64,000 nt of DNA, taken from contig OX597833.1 in NCBI GenBank assembly GCA_951406725.2, forward strand, positions 25,048,001-25,112,000, written 5' to 3'. A program made the translations under genes and the position numbers. Positions 26,835 to 40,960 of the stretch are shown here, piece after piece. How positions within the stretch are numbered: position 1 is the stretch's first letter; each line of letters begins with the position of its first letter. The notes under the pieces were generated by a model. It had not been told where the DNA came from, did not search any database, and saw only the letters and a list, made by a program, of their open reading frames with translations. Origin of the DNA: Octopus vulgaris. Taxonomy: Eukaryota.

Positions 26835-27048
26835 CGTTTCAACTTTTGGCACAAGGACAGAAGTTTCGGCGGAGGGGATGAGTCGATTACATCGTCCCTG
26901 ATACTCAGGTGGTACTTATTTTTAGTAACCCCAAAAGGATTAATAGCAAAGTGGACCTCGGCAGAATTTGAGCCCGTGACTTAAATATGGGTAAAATACC
27001 ACCAAGCATCATGTCCAAAGTGCTAGCGATTCTCCCAGCTCACTACCT
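26835..27048 (-). mobile_element. SINE family C
   Basis: Reverse complement of the 51677-51900-type unit (ttttggcacaagg..gacctcggcagaatttg..gctagcgattct). Confidence 0.75.
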
Positions 27049-27435
27049 ATTTGATGATGGTGTTTATGCTGCTGATAATGATGATGACGACAACGACGAC
27101 AACGACAGCAACAACAACAACAATAATTATTATATAAAAATGAACAAAGAGATTACGATGATAATGACTACGACGTTAAAATAAAAATGATGTTTAAAAT
27201 ATTTTTAAGCTTTACACGAAACATTTTGCAGATGAAAAGTCGAAAATTTTAAATCTGCAAGGAAAAATTAATCAATATAAATCGAAATATATTTTTAAAA
27301 AAAAACAATAAAAACATAATAAAGCATATCTGAGATACACATTATTTGGTACACTAGAAAATCAATGATTTAAGCGAATATTAATTAACCATAGCATTTG
27401 CTCTGATGTCAAATGGATAATTTTAATCAAGGAAT

Positions 27436-27438
27436 CAC

Positions 27439-27496
<58 letters not shown>

Positions 27497-27955
27497 GTTA
27501 TCACACAGCCAACAATGGTGCTGTGATGCAGAAGACGAGGAAGAAGAGGAAGTAGAGGAAGAAGAGGAAGAAGAGGAAGTAGAGGAAGAAGATGATGACG
27601 ATGATGATGATGGTGGTGGTGGTGGTGATGATGGTAATAAAAATGATGATGATGAAGGAGTAGAAGAAGAAAGAGAGGAAGGAGAAAAGGAGAAGAGGAT
27701 AATGACGATGGTAATGCTGCTGCTGCTGCTGCTACTGCTACTGCTGTTGCTGATGATGACGATGATGATGGTTATGATGGCAATAATGATGTTTATGAAG
27801 AAGAAGAAGAAGAAGAAGAAGAAGAAGAAGAAGAAGAAGAAGAAAAAGAAAAAGAAGAAGAAAAAAAAGAAGAAGAAGAAGAAGAAGAAGAAGAAGAAGA
27901 AGAAGAAAAAGAAGAAGAAGAAGAAGAAGAAGAAGAAGAAGAAGAAGAAGAAGAA
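27436..27955. repeat. Compound trinucleotide array (CAT/GAR/GAT/GGT/CTG/GAA)
   Basis: Visible tandem units; gives poly-F/K/S/D ORFs. Confidence 0.95.
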
Positions 27956-29710
27956 ACCCACAAGCAGCATATAAGTTTTTGATAGAGCTGACTGAACGAA
28001 ATAGTGCCTAAATCTCCTCTGTTTTAACACTTTGTCGTAAAAGAAAATAAATAAATTATAACATATTCGCTTATTGTAGTTCCAGGTACACTGTGTCAAG
28101 AAAACAACATTGGATGGTCATGTTTGGAATACCTGTGATTATAAGATTGTTCAAGTGGTATTTTCCTCTTGCTAAATAACAAACAGAAACAAGAGAGCAT
28201 TGATATCAGGGATAAAGCTAATTAAAATTCAAGATGGTCACTGGATGTGCAACAAATAGCTACCGAATCTCTTACAAGTGATGAGCTAAGGTCATAAAAT
28301 AAAGGATAACATTTTGAGTAATGTAGCCCTAGATACACTGTGACACAAACGAGAGATAAGATGAATGCGATCTCAAGTCATTGCAGACTCACGGCTAGGC
28401 TGGAACTAAACGCAACAAGGAGAAACCAAGGTATGGGCCTCTACTCGATCGCTGGCCGTAATAGAAACAGTAGGCAAATCGCCCTCAAATCATACTGTAT
28501 CATCTTAATGGAACGGAGACATGTTATGAGAAAATAAAAATAACCCTAATATCCAGAGGGACATTCAACAGAACCAGCAACGTTAGACAACAACGATGAA
28601 GATGACAAAGATAGCACGAACAATCACAGCAGTTTTCGCAGCGGTAGCCATCACAACAACAACAGCAACAGCAACAACACAACAACAGCAGCAGCAGCAA
28701 CAACATCATCATCGAAAATATGAGTATGAAGAAATAAAATCGGATGCCATATTACGTCTGGGTTAATTTCCAATGCTCCATTTCACATGGACCATTATAG
28801 CAGCTTTTAATGACTTCTGTTGTGCAGGTTGTATACATTTATGCATGTGAATTGTTCTTGTTGCATTGTTGATGCATTTATTATAGCTTTCATTTTTATT
28901 GTGTGGCATGTAAGAACTGCCTGAATGACAAAACAACACCATTGATCAGAGGCGTTCCAACCATGACTAAGTGTTCTTTTTCTGTTTCCAGACAGTGTAC
29001 GCGGGACTCCAATATCCAACGAGGCTGTCATTCTTTTCAAGATCGTTGTCTGTGATTTGTCGGAGATTTAGTTGCTATTTCTTGCAGACTTAAAGACTAT
29101 ATAAAGTCTCATTCGATGACTCATTATTTGCATATATTTATACGTGGTGGCGCCATCGTTAAAGTTTTATTTTTTTATTATTCAAATCTGTATATATTTT
29201 TTTGTTTCCTATAAATAAAGAACAGAAGTTTATTTTTATTCATTATAAATGTAAATTCATCGATTATTTCGGTTATTTAATTATTTATTTTATTTCAGTT
29301 CATTATTGTAGTATATTTCATGGGAATTTTTGGAAAATAAATATTCTTTAACCCCAAAAATCCACTTCCGATCTGATTAGTGTTTAATGAGAGGAAATAA
29401 TATTTTTGCTGTGAAATTCATTTAATGTTATTTATAGGAAATAAACATTTATTTAAGTCAGTACTCCAGCATGACCTCCTACAATGCAGTGACGTAAATC
29501 GGTAAAACTCTAAGAGTAGAAAACATACAACAAAATATACTTCTAGTGGTAAAAAGTATGAAATAAACAATGAAAAACAACATTAAAATGCTTAGAATAT
29601 CCGTCTTTTAATGACGGTTCTAATTCTGTTTTGCATTTTCTGATGATCGCTAATATCAACGTCGAGCGAAATTATAGAACAGATTGCCGTAGCAACGTTT
29701 CGCATACACG

Positions 29711-29757
<47 letters not shown>

Positions 29758-29814
29758 ACAGACACACTTATACACATACATATATATATACATATCTACA
29801 CACGTATCTTGTAT

Positions 29815-30170
29815 CTTTTTTCTTGTTTCAATGATTAGACTACGGCCATGCTGGGGCACCGCACTGAGGAATTTTAGTAGAATTAATAGATCCCAATATT
29901 TATATTTATACTTGCTATGTAGTCTGGGTTTCGGGGACTTCAACACACCAACACTGGTTGTCAAGTGGCGATGGGAGGTAAACACATGCGCAAAGGCACA
30001 CACACAGGCGTTCATTTCATTTATAGTTTCAGTTTCCGTCTCCCAATTCCATTTACGAAGGTTTGGTCAGCTCGAGGCTATAAAAAACAAAACATTTGCC
30101 CGAAGTCCCACGCAATGGGACTGAACTCGGAACCATGTGGTAAGCAAACTTCTTACCACACAGCTATATA
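29815..30170 (-). mobile_element. SINE family A (degenerate)
   Basis: gtttcaatgattagactacggccatgctgg...gggactgaactcggaaccatgtgg..cttaccacacagc. Confidence 0.8.
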
Positions 30171-30317
30171 TACGTATCTATAGATACACACACACACATA
30201 CACACAGACGCACGCACAATCTCACACAGACGCACACACACATACACACAGACGCACACACACAAATATGGGAGGAGATAGGGATGGGTAGAGATAGATA
30301 TATAAAAAGGATAAATA

Positions 30318-30354
30318 GGCGTAGGAGTGGTTGTGTGGGTAGTAGCTTGTTTAC
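30318..30354 (+). mobile_element. 5' tip (A-box) of a family A SINE split by an insertion
   Basis: ggcgtaggagtggttgtgtgggtagtagcttgtttac; continues at 32357. Confidence 0.85.
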
Positions 30355-32356
30355 TTCCGGTTAACCAGAATGCAACACTAGTTGGTCTGGACTGTTACAG
30401 TGAGAAGATGTGAGTTTCGGCTCCGTGAATAGAAAAAAAAGAACAAAAAGAAAAATTGTCAATTATGGCTCACTATAGCCAGCAAAATACTGGATTCTCA
30501 TCATCGTAACAGTGAATTGAGAATTTTTGCTTGAAAATTATTTTTGTAAATTCTAGTGGGCGTATCTCGCCAGAAAAATAAGAATAAGCCATTTAGATTA
30601 CCTTTTAGGAGTATTATACAAAGGATTCTCTGTCTGTGCTATTGGTGAGGTTTTCTTTTACTTTCCCATTCTTCTATTTTTTCTTTCTTTCTAAATTTTG
30701 GTTCATTCTTTTCATTACTTTAATTTCAATTTCCTCCCCTCCTCTTTTATTTTTTAAATTTTTATTCGGTTTAATTTTTTGGCAGACTGTCTTTTGAACT
30801 ACTTTTGAACTGTTTTTTGACATGGGAGAGAATGAACATAAAAAGAAAAACTCTGTCTTAGAGTGGGAAATTAACCCGCCTAAGCAGTGGTTAAAAGATA
30901 TGGAGGAGAAGACGATGGTACTTAGAACTTATTCTAAAGTTCTTAATTCCATCACCGTCTTCCCAAAACAAGTCATAAAAAATGAACTTAAAGAATATTT
31001 GTCCTCTTTAAAATATATATCCCGTGGTGTCAAACATGCAACCGTATGGTTGCTGCTTGACAACGGGGAAAAGGCTCGCCAATTTGCGAGTCACCTTTAG
31101 AAGGCAAGGAAATTCTGTTCCTTCCGTCATATTGTGGAAGAAAATTAATACGAACCTGGGTATGTGGGTTACCCGCAGGCACCGAAGCGGATTGGATTGA
31201 AGATACCATCCGACGGGGACTGGGGGATGGCGGGCCCAGGCTCTTAAATGTAAGGCTATTGCCGGCGGTCGATTGGGAAGGGTCATAAGCGACTTTGACC
31301 CTGTGGACCCCATCGGCCGCAACAGATCTGGTTTTTCCAGATTTCTTGAAAATGGCTGGCTGCAGGTATCCGGTGATACTTGAAGGACGTCCCCCCAAGT
31401 GTCACTCGTGCCTGCAACCAGGCCACATTAAAAGGAACTGCCCCCAGGACCATGGTAAGGTCCTGGAACAGTCACTAGATGCCACCTCCCCTACCCGGTC
31501 AAAGGGAGAGGTGGATGTGGTCGAGGAGGTTTCAGCCTCTTCAACTCAAAAAGGATTAAAATGGAAGAAGGCGGGCAACAATAGTTGCCCGCCGAAGGAA
31601 CCTAAGGCTTCGGGAGGCGGGGGAGAGTCTCCGGACAAAGCGGAAGAGCTCCACTCTCCCGAAGTCAGGAAGAAAAGAAAAAAAAGAAGGAAGAAGAACG
31701 GGTCATCTCAGCGGGGAGATGATGTGCCGTCTGCATGTCCCGAAGTTGTGCCACCCACGGTGGAAGAAACCACTCCCACCCTTAAAGATGATCAATTAAT
31801 TATCTTTTTCTATAAGGGCGGGGAGGTGGAAAAATAGTAGAAGAACATAAAGAGAAAGTAAATCCCGAATGGCCTCCGCAGATAGCTGTGGAGGTCATAA
31901 GGTTTCCCATGTGGAAAAGGCTTTGGGGAGGAATGTCGCATATGACCGGGTGGCCCTTACACGATTTACATGTCCTACATGAGTGAGGCATGGTAAATGG
32001 CGGGATACAGGAACTCAAGTGGCATTGAAGATCATGATGAATATATCGAAGAGTAGGAGGTGAAAAACCCTTGTTATAGGGTTTGAAACGTCTAGTGGTT
32101 TATAACCTCAATTGTATGTTTTAAAAAAACATGTTAAGTAAGAGGTTTTAGTGCCTCCTTCTTGTAAGAGGTTTGAAACCTCATATTGATTTTTAAAAAA
32201 AAGAAAATATGTTTTCGAGAAAAATCCAATCGGCGGGTGTTGGGTTTCGTCTCTCATTTATTCATTCTATTTCATTTTCATTCATTAATGTGTTTGTCCA
32301 GTCCGAAAAGCTACACACTCTTTGTACTGTCTATGATGACAAATTTTATGAAATAA
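30355..32356 (+). mobile_element. ORF1-only non-autonomous L1/Tx1-like retroelement (HAL1-like)
   Basis: 14-bp TSD agtagcttgtttac (30341-30354 and 32357-32370); 5' (ac)ttccgg start; aataaa at the 3' junction; no RT or endonuclease coding seen. Confidence 0.8.
30822..31986 (+). pseudogene. Gag-like ORF1 (RRM-like segment, CCHC zinc knuckle, basic tract), disrupted
   Basis: ATG at 30822; RKLIRTWVCGLP; YPVILEGRPPKCHSCLQPGHIKRNCP (CX2CX4HX4C); RKKRKKRRKK; frameshifts near 31095 and 31830, stop near 31286. Confidence 0.8.
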
Positions 32357-32538
32357 AGTAGCTTGTTTACGAACCACATGGTTCCGGGTTCAGTCCCACT
32401 GCGTGGCACCTTGGGCAAATGTCTTCTACTATAGCCTCGGGCCGACCAAACCCTTGTGAGTGGATTTGGTAGACGGAAACAGAAAGAAGCCCATCGTATA
32501 TATGTATATATGTATATATCTATATCTATATCTATATC

Positions 32539-32582
<44 letters not shown>

Positions 32583-32820
32583 GTATGTATGTGTGTGTAT
32601 ACGTTTGTGTGTCTGTGTTTGTCCTTCCAACATCGCTTGACAACCGATGCTGGTGCCTTTACGTCCCTGTAACTTAGCGGTTCGGCAAAAGACACAGATA
32701 GAATAAGTACTAAGCTTACAAAGAATAAGTCCTGGGGTCGATTTGCTCGACTAAAGGCAGTGTCCAGCATGGCCACAGTCAAATGACTGAAACAAGTAAA
32801 AGAGCAAAAGAGTAAAAGAG
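32357..32820 (+). mobile_element. Remainder of the split family A SINE
   Basis: B-box ggttcagtccc, core, internal TA tract, 3' (aaaagag) tail. Confidence 0.92.
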
Positions 32821-33295
32821 GCATGTAGATAATGCGTTATCATAGCAGTACAATGGAATAGCTATAGAGAAGATCATTATCCATAACTACACTATTAGTA
32901 TTTTCGATTTGCCTAAAGACTCAGGTCTTCATTCTATTCTATACCATTATTACTATTTACTTATTTTTCTTATTCTGGAATTGTTCTGCTCTCTAATTCA
33001 GTAAAGATTGTATATCTAGAATTTAATGCGTTTTCCACGCAGGTTAATACAATGAATTTGTTCTCTTCCAACGCATAGTTTTCTTCGGACTACATATATC
33101 GATGCAAACTAGGTACGCTATATAAAAATAGAATGGTGGTTGCCTTCATCTACAAAACTGAGAAGTGTGCCGTTTTACCCAACAACTTGAAAGAATCTGT
33201 TTCCCAAGCCAAAGTTCTCGTTACAGAGTGAGGCCTGAGTGTGTTAACAAATCAACCTATGATCTGAAACGACGTTCAGTTTCAGGGGGAAATCA

Positions 33296-33596
33296 GGCAC
33301 TTTGTCAGTTACGAAATGAGGGTTCCCGTCGATCCGATCAATGGAACAATCTGTTCGTGAAATTAAAGTGCAAGTGGTTGAGCATCCCACAAACACGCAG
33401 ACCCTTAAAGTAATGATCAAGGAGGTTCAGCGTCCGGCCCTTTGAAATATAGGTACAACTTATTTTTGCCGGTTGAATTGACTGGAGCAACGTGAAATAA
33501 AGTGTCATGTTCAAGGAGAGAAGCGTTGTCCCATATCGTACTCGTGACCTTATTATCATGTGACGAATACTCTAATCGTTGAGTCAGACCCCTCCA
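33296..33596 (-). mobile_element. Degenerate tRNA-SINE family D
   Basis: Minus strand: tggaggggtctgactcaacgattagagt head, then ccttgaacatgacactttatttcacgttgctccagtc core. Confidence 0.55.
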
Positions 33597-34140
33597 ATCT
33601 GGGAAAAGAACTCCAGAGCACTTGCAGAAGTGGACGAAACGAGTTCTAGCTGGATTTGATGTAAAAGGAAAGTGAAGGATCTTCACGAGTCATAACATAA
33701 TATATGTAAAATTAGGGCCCCGTAACTGTTTGATTGCAACGGCCAAGCATGTTTGACTTGGGGCACCTGACCACCTAGAAATATGCAGGTGAAAATACAA
33801 TCTGTGGCATAAATGTGATAGCGGAAGGGCATCCAAATGTCATGATCTGATGCAGCTAGTTAAGAAGTTAAAGGCTGAAACAATTGCATTAACAATTGCA
33901 TTTTCCGTTCTCCTTAAATTCTCTATCTATCTACATACTTAACTAAAACATCATGAAGCCAGTAAGATGGTTGGCATTGCTATAAGAAGCATAATGCATC
34001 AAAAGCATACCATGTGGCATCTTGTTGTTCATTCTAACAACTCCGTATTTGTACTATTACCATCGAGTTCGAATGGCTGAAATGAATAAAATGAATGACA
34101 AGCTAAGTCGATCCCGGCAGGATTTAAACACAGACCTCAG

Positions 34141-34239
<99 letters not shown>

Positions 34240-35089
34240 TGTATATATAGTTAGGGAATGCATACACCTATCTATCTATCTGTCTGTCTGTCTGTCTGCC
34301 TGTCTATCTATCTCTGTCTGTCTCTCTTTCTCTATCTATACAGACACACTTATACACATACATATATATTTCTACACACATATCTTTTATCTTTTTCCTT
34401 CTTTCAATGATTAGACTACGGCCATGTTGGGGCACCGCATTAAGGAATTTCAGTCGATTTAATGTTTGATTTGTTATGAGATTTTTAGAATAATAATATT
34501 TAATTAATTTCTATGTGGTTATTATAGATAATATCTTTTCACTATTGATTGAATAATTAATAGCGGTTTGTCTCTAATTCACACACATACACACACACAC
34601 ATGTATTGTTTTTCGGGATAGTCATATTTTTGTCAAATAAACACACGCAGTGTATATTCGTTCTTCACACACTTATTACTGTTCCTCTTTTAACTGTCAG
34701 AATTGACTACGCGGAGCAGGAGCACACATTGGAACGGATAGTGTCCCTGAAGAGGTCACAGATGTGTGACGAAAGATTTCAATGGATATGAGCTAAAATA
34801 AGAACAGTAATAAACGAGGAAAGAACGAATATATAGGGCATATATTTATTTAGTAAAAACTAAAAGAAAAAAGAAAAATGACCATCCCAGAATACAGCAA
34901 TATCTAATTCAATAAAAATATGTGTGTGTGTGTACGTTCACGTGTGTGCATATAATAGAGTAAAAAATAGAATGTCCATATTACAGTATTGTATAGAAAA
35001 ATTAAAACAAACGGCTTTTCTGATAACTTTTCCTTTTTAATTATTAGATAAGTATTAAAGTGGAAACGTTATCAGAAAAGATACTACTC

Positions 35090-35170
<81 letters not shown>

Positions 35171-35229
35171 TGGTAAAGTCAAATATTTACGTAAGTGTTG
35201 GTAAATCATGGAAAGAATATAGAGACTTT

Positions 35230-36180
35230 ACAAGGGATGATTAATATAGAGGAAAGCAAACATGAAAAGGGTTTAGGTTTCAAAGTTCTTAACATTACCA
35301 TGAGAACTAGTAATATATTGCGTACTAAATTCTAATAGAACACTCCTGATACGACTCAAAGTTAAGCCTAGTGAAATATTAATCCTCTAAATTCTAACTC
35401 CCAGATGCGATAACCATGTAGAGAAGAAATTCTATGAATATAGAGAAAAATCACTTAGCGAACAACACAGGAAAGACAAAACTAATAATTCAAGACAAGT
35501 GAAATGCAAATATTGGATCAGATGTTTATGATACATGGAAAGGAGCAGTTGGTGGCATGAAAAACATTAGCAAGGAAGTAAAATTATTAGCATTTTCAAA
35601 ACAACACAAACTATTTATAGCAAATGCATTGCATCAACACAAACCGTCAAGAACAATAACATTGCATTCATCCAGAGGGATATATTATAACAAAATCGAT
35701 TTTACTCTCATCCCCAATCGATTATAAATGGAGTTAAAACTCGAGTTTCCCTTGGTGCAGATATAGGCAGTAATCACGAACAATTAATGTTGACAATAAA
35801 CATTAAGCTCAAATCAGTCAAGAAGAACGAAAATGCAAATATATAATATAATCTTGAAAAATTGAAAGACCATAACTGAGCGCAGCAGCAGAATCGAAAG
35901 TACAGATAGGAATAAAATTGCACACATTTTATTATTAGATGCAAATATTCGAACATTAAAAAGAACCTTCAAACTAATAATAACAGGCAGCAAAATTCGT
36001 GGTAAAGGGAAGAAAGTTGTGGATAAATAAATGTTTTAATCAGGTGTGATGAACAAAGAGACCTGAAACAGAAATGATATGGAAATGAAACAGAATCGGC
36101 AGAATGTAAATTTGCCAGGAGGAGAGAAAAGAATGGAATTAGGGTAGAATAAGATAACATACATTAACGAAAGATGTGAA
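35230..36180 (+). pseudogene. RTE-like LINE AP-endonuclease remnant
   Basis: KHEKGLGF, EKKFYE, NANIG, KLFIANALHQHKPSRTIT, NKIDFTL, GADIGSNHEQL (SDH-like). Confidence 0.75.
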
Positions 36181-36578
36181 GATTTAATGGAATCAGATAT
36201 TAAACAAACCTGCAAAACATAACAAATGCATGAATGTTTTTCCCGGGGAATGAGCAGCTAAATATTCAATTGTCGATAATAAAAGGAGATAACATGCATT
36301 TTCTTTTCAACTTTTATTAGTTTTATTCATTTGGCAACGGACCTGGTGAGGTACGGTGTTTGATGATCTTAGTAAATTATGTTGGTCCACAGTACGTTTT
36401 GCTGACGATTATTCATCGTTGCCATATATACGAATAGTAAAAATGAATACTGAATCATTGGAACTGAAGCGGTCGGGCACATCACTGGTTATGTTACGTA
36501 GATATATGTACACACACACGCGCGCTGGGAGTAGTGCTCCAGTTTCACCGCAGCTGTATGGCTGAAACGAGTAAAAGA

Positions 36579-36689
<111 letters not shown>

Positions 36690-36789
36690 ATGATATTAAA
36701 CTATTTCTGGATAATTTTCTTTTCTTCCCTCTATTGTGGTAAAAGTTTGGTATATACTCAAAAGTTTTCATAAAACATTTCATCCTTTT

Positions 36790-37480
36790 GTTATAATTCT
36801 TCTTAATAATCCTCTGAATAACCCTAAACCTTAACTTTATACAATATCGCAGTATTTCTTTAAATATTTAACTATAGTACTACATGATAAGATTTACCTT
36901 GTTTCATTATCAATAGTCTGCTAGTGGCCAGCCCCTTAATTTTCAGCTAACATCTTGATTTAAGTTTTCCTTTACTAAAATATCATGATACTTTCTTTAG
37001 CAAATCTCATGATATTGCTTCAAATAAATCTTGATTTTTATGACTATACCCACTATGATTTCTGTTAACTCCCTCAGCCCTACCCCTAACGGACACTGCC
37101 TCTGGTTCTCTCGGCCTTAGATATACAAGTATTTCATAAAAGTAGTCTATAAATTAAAACTGACCCCATAAAACAGTGACAAGCTAAATCTGTAACAAGA
37201 CTTTCTTCCTGATACCTTAGTAGCTTCTGAGTGGAAGTGAAGGCAGCATGTTCTTTGTCTATCTCCTTAACTTCTTGGAGATTTTAGGCAAAATTATACT
37301 AATGTGTCCATCTGTTTTAATATAATTAAATTCTGTCTTTGTGCAGCTGAGTATTGCTCTGCATTTAAATTAATGTAATGGTTGCATTGTTCAATTAAAT
37401 GGAGTTGCGCGAAACGATCGTACAGCATTACCTCTGGATATCCTTGTTGCTTATTTTGATTCTAATCACCTTATTCTGAA
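36790..37480 (-). pseudogene. Very degenerate LINE remnant (R4-like?)
   Basis: Minus-strand A-rich composition with a G.GL-like thumb remnant; weak. Confidence 0.3.
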
Positions 37481-38155
37481 ATTATATGGATAATACCGTA
37501 CTAAATTCTGGTGCCTCAACTTAAGTACCATATTCAGCTGCATCTAAAATTTTGCTGAACTCATATATATATATATATATATATAGCACACAATGCGCAC
37601 ATGAGTCGATTGAAAAGAAAGAAAATGTACACAAATCAGAGACAATGAGGGAAACGGGGTTCCATTGGGATAATATCAACATTAGTATTTTACCAAGTCT
37701 CTCAATCTCGACTACAACATACAGTTTGAGTATGAGTAACAACCATATTCTTCGCTTCGATGTGATAGTAATTTAAAAAAAGAAAATCTTATTAGAAAAG
37801 GGAGGATAATATCAAAAATTTGAAAAACGTGACAAAGGACAAACGACAACAGGGTTACGAAAATATATGGAAAAATGTCAGAAAAATTATGTATGTCAAA
37901 TATTTAATTCTCTCGACTAAATAGAGAACGATTATAAGGAAAATAAGCAGCTCTTACAGCTGATACAATGTGAACAAGAGGTGAAATAATGAAGATTATT
38001 GAATGTTTTCGACTGAAGAAAACCAGAAGAGACATTTCAAATATTATTGCTTAGCGATAACGCCGAAAGGAATATGTATTAGATAATTGTTGGTGTGCTA
38101 TGGCCTTGATCAAAAGGACACAGAGATAAGGGCATGTATATATATACGTGCATAT

Positions 38156-38285
38156 ATAGGGAGAATTCACAAAAAACAACAACAAAAGACGAAGTGAAAA
38201 AGTCTTTAACGTTTCGGGCCTACGCTCTTCCACAGAAAGGAACACAGAACGAAACTAAGAGAGAAAATAAAGAGAGAAATATGTA
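38156..38285 (-). mobile_element. Short hammerhead-variant element (family H2)
   Basis: Reverse complement homologue of 44206-44367; motif cttt-CTGTGGA-A-GAGC gtag GCCC-GAAAC-GTT-aaag at 38204-38239. Confidence 0.75.
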
Positions 38286-38599
38286 TGTGCATTTATACGT
38301 CATTAAATATAAGTACACACACGCAAACATTCACATACATGCACAGACATGGGAAGAAGGATTTGCCGGGTTATTGTTTACCAAGTTCCACTGACAATGT
38401 ATTGGTTATCCTGAGACTTTTCTGTCTTCATTTTTCTATGTGATTACGACATCAACTTCTTAGCTACACGTTCATGCTTGAGCCCTACCAACGAAAACAA
38501 ATGCGTTAATTGAAAAATGGAGAAAACACGATGAGGATGATTACAGCAACAAATTATGTATAGATATTAACACGTTAACATATTTCGGATATAAATTCC

Positions 38600-39500
38600 C
38601 CATTGATGTACATCAATAGCTAGAAGCCAGTTCAGGAAAATGGAAATAATATAATATTCGACGTCGAATAAATAAATAATGTAGAAAGTGGATTATCGTA
38701 TAATAAACGATATTGGATAAAGAACAAAAGCATATAGGTGGATTGGTCACTGGGTTTCCTTGAATAATGTAGTAGTACCTAGGAACGATATAATTTCTCA
38801 CTAACTGGAGAGAATGGAGATTAGATTCTTAGCTAATTTAAGCTTGAATTATAGTAATAGGAATTGTGATAACAAGTACAATTGTTTTAATCAGCCATTC
38901 ACAAAATGGATTGTGATAAGATTTATCTTTTCGAACGAAAGCATCAATATAAATGATAGACAGACTTGGACCCAATAAGGAACGGACGTTCTTGAGAAGA
39001 TTATAATGGAAATGTTCTAAGAGAAAATATTTGGAAAACCAGTTAGACATTTACTACTTCTCAGGCTTTTAACCTCGTTTAGTATAGTGCAAGATAGTTC
39101 ATAAAATAAGTATAATGGTAGTCCATTATGTGAAAATTCCAAACTCTAGTTATGGTTGGAAATTCACCAAGTAACTGATTTAAAAGCAGACTCCGTACTA
39201 GAGAATGGTGGATCCTTTTAAGAAACGGTTGGAAGCATTTCTTCAATAAAGAGGGTATTTTTAAAATCTACTAAAAGGAAATGTTAATGTCGAATGAAGT
39301 GAATTTCGTAATCCCCATTTTGTAGAAGGCATTGATTTTATAGAATATCATGTAAAGTAACATCATAATCTAAGAAAACATCTTCGTGGAACTACCAGAG
39401 CTGAGGGAATATAAATAAATATTGGTAAAAACCAAACTATAACGAGTGAATATAAAAATAAAACCGCCAGTCCAGTAGAAATAGCAGGAAAAATATTGTC
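38600..39500 (-). pseudogene. Degenerate PLE reverse transcriptase remnant
   Basis: RSLLGPSLSIIYI resembles the PLE GSPLGP.LA.I.M motif; IHFLHY resembles L.FLD. Confidence 0.4.
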
Positions 39501-40169
39501 ACAAGTTGATGTGTTCAGGAAGGAGATATTAGATCAAAGAAAAAGAAGGGAAAGTATTGGATTACTGGGACTGTTTCGGGTTAATGGATTTAAACCTTGT
39601 TTAAAATAAATAGAAAAAGACATTTTATATTTTCTCAAAAAGCAATAAGACTGCCAAGTGAATGCCATACATACATACATACATACATACATACACACAC
39701 ACATACATACATGTACGCGTGGAGATGTACATACCGATACGCACACACACACACACACACACATATTATTTAATATATTCAGAATTAAAAAAAGGAGTTA
39801 CTAATAGTTTCTTGCGGTAGAAATACAATAATTTGGCAGATTTATATAACGTGCCATGTATCTCCAAGAAATATTGCAGGTTATGGGCATACTATTAGAC
39901 CTTTTTGAAAACCAAGACACTGGCCTATGAGAAACAGGAGAAAACAGAAGAAATCTACGAAGAAGGTTGATGCAAAATCTAGTACGAAAAGAAAGAAAAG
40001 TAAGGAAACTAATACATGAGACCCCTTTTGCTTGTAGAAATCATAACTGATACAACTAGTGTAGAATAATGAAACAGAGATGAAGCCAAAATCTGACAGA
40101 TAGCTATTCAATACAGAGAGGATTGTATACTCCAGTTTGACAAAAGAAGTTTGTCCATCTGTTTGCATT

Positions 40170-40960
40170 CGCTAAAGAATTTGGGTCTAGAAGTAATGTT
40201 GTGGAATTACTGGTTCTAAAAAGAATGTGCGATCTTTCAGCTACGGATCTCTTTAATCCATTTATATATGGCATAGATTTCTCCGTGATTTTCAACTTGG
40301 TTGTATGTGGAGTATAGTTAGTCTTCAGATTCCATACATGGCTAGCAAAGTTAGTGGCTATATTGTTATCAATGTGTCGGAAAGAAGACGGGTGGTTTGC
40401 ATAACGGCTTTTAAAAATGCTTTCGCATAAATCGACGCAATTTGCTTTTCGATTATGTTCTCTTGGTGCATTGCAGTAGCTTCGTGTTTATAAACAACTG
40501 ACTTTATCAAACACGCCTAATCAAGCGGACAATATTCAGGGGTTCAGGAGTTGCAACAAGATGTGGGTTCTTGGTGTGACTTGCAAGAGATAATGTCCTT
40601 CATACTGGAGCAGCAGTTGTATGAAATTTTTATCGAGAGTCTATGAAAATTCTTCCTGCATTGGTGGTTTGCTGGGAAACGTTTATTTAATAATGCCCAG
40701 AGTTTCTTTTCTATGTTTGTCTTAACATTTAAGGAGAAAAGGGTGAAACACATCATTATCCTAGGTCTAATTTTAGGATTCCTACTATTTTTAGGATTCC
40801 TACTCGAAGTGTTGCATGATATCTTATCTTTGAGGCTGCAGTTAGCCAAAGCATGGTTATAGTGGGGGTGCTGTTTCATCAAATATTTTCTTTATAGAGG
40901 AAACATTAGATATTCTAATACTGATGTTAGGTTTCAGGTTTTTAAGCAATGCAGGAAGTG
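40170..40960 (-). pseudogene. PLE (Naiad-like) RT C-terminus and GIY-YIG remnant
   Basis: RPRIMMCFTLFSLNVKTNIEKKLWALLNKRFPANH..KNFHR.SIKISYNC..MKDII, then KRYANHPSSFR and PYING. Confidence 0.8.

Noticed and set aside
27362-28099. 245-aa ORF with poly-F/S/D
   Set aside because: Compound trinucleotide repeat with no domain content
32060-32095. aaaccct..agggttt-gaaacgtc hairpin in the 3'UTR of the ORF1 element
   Set aside because: Lacks the CUGANGA core; only a simple hairpin
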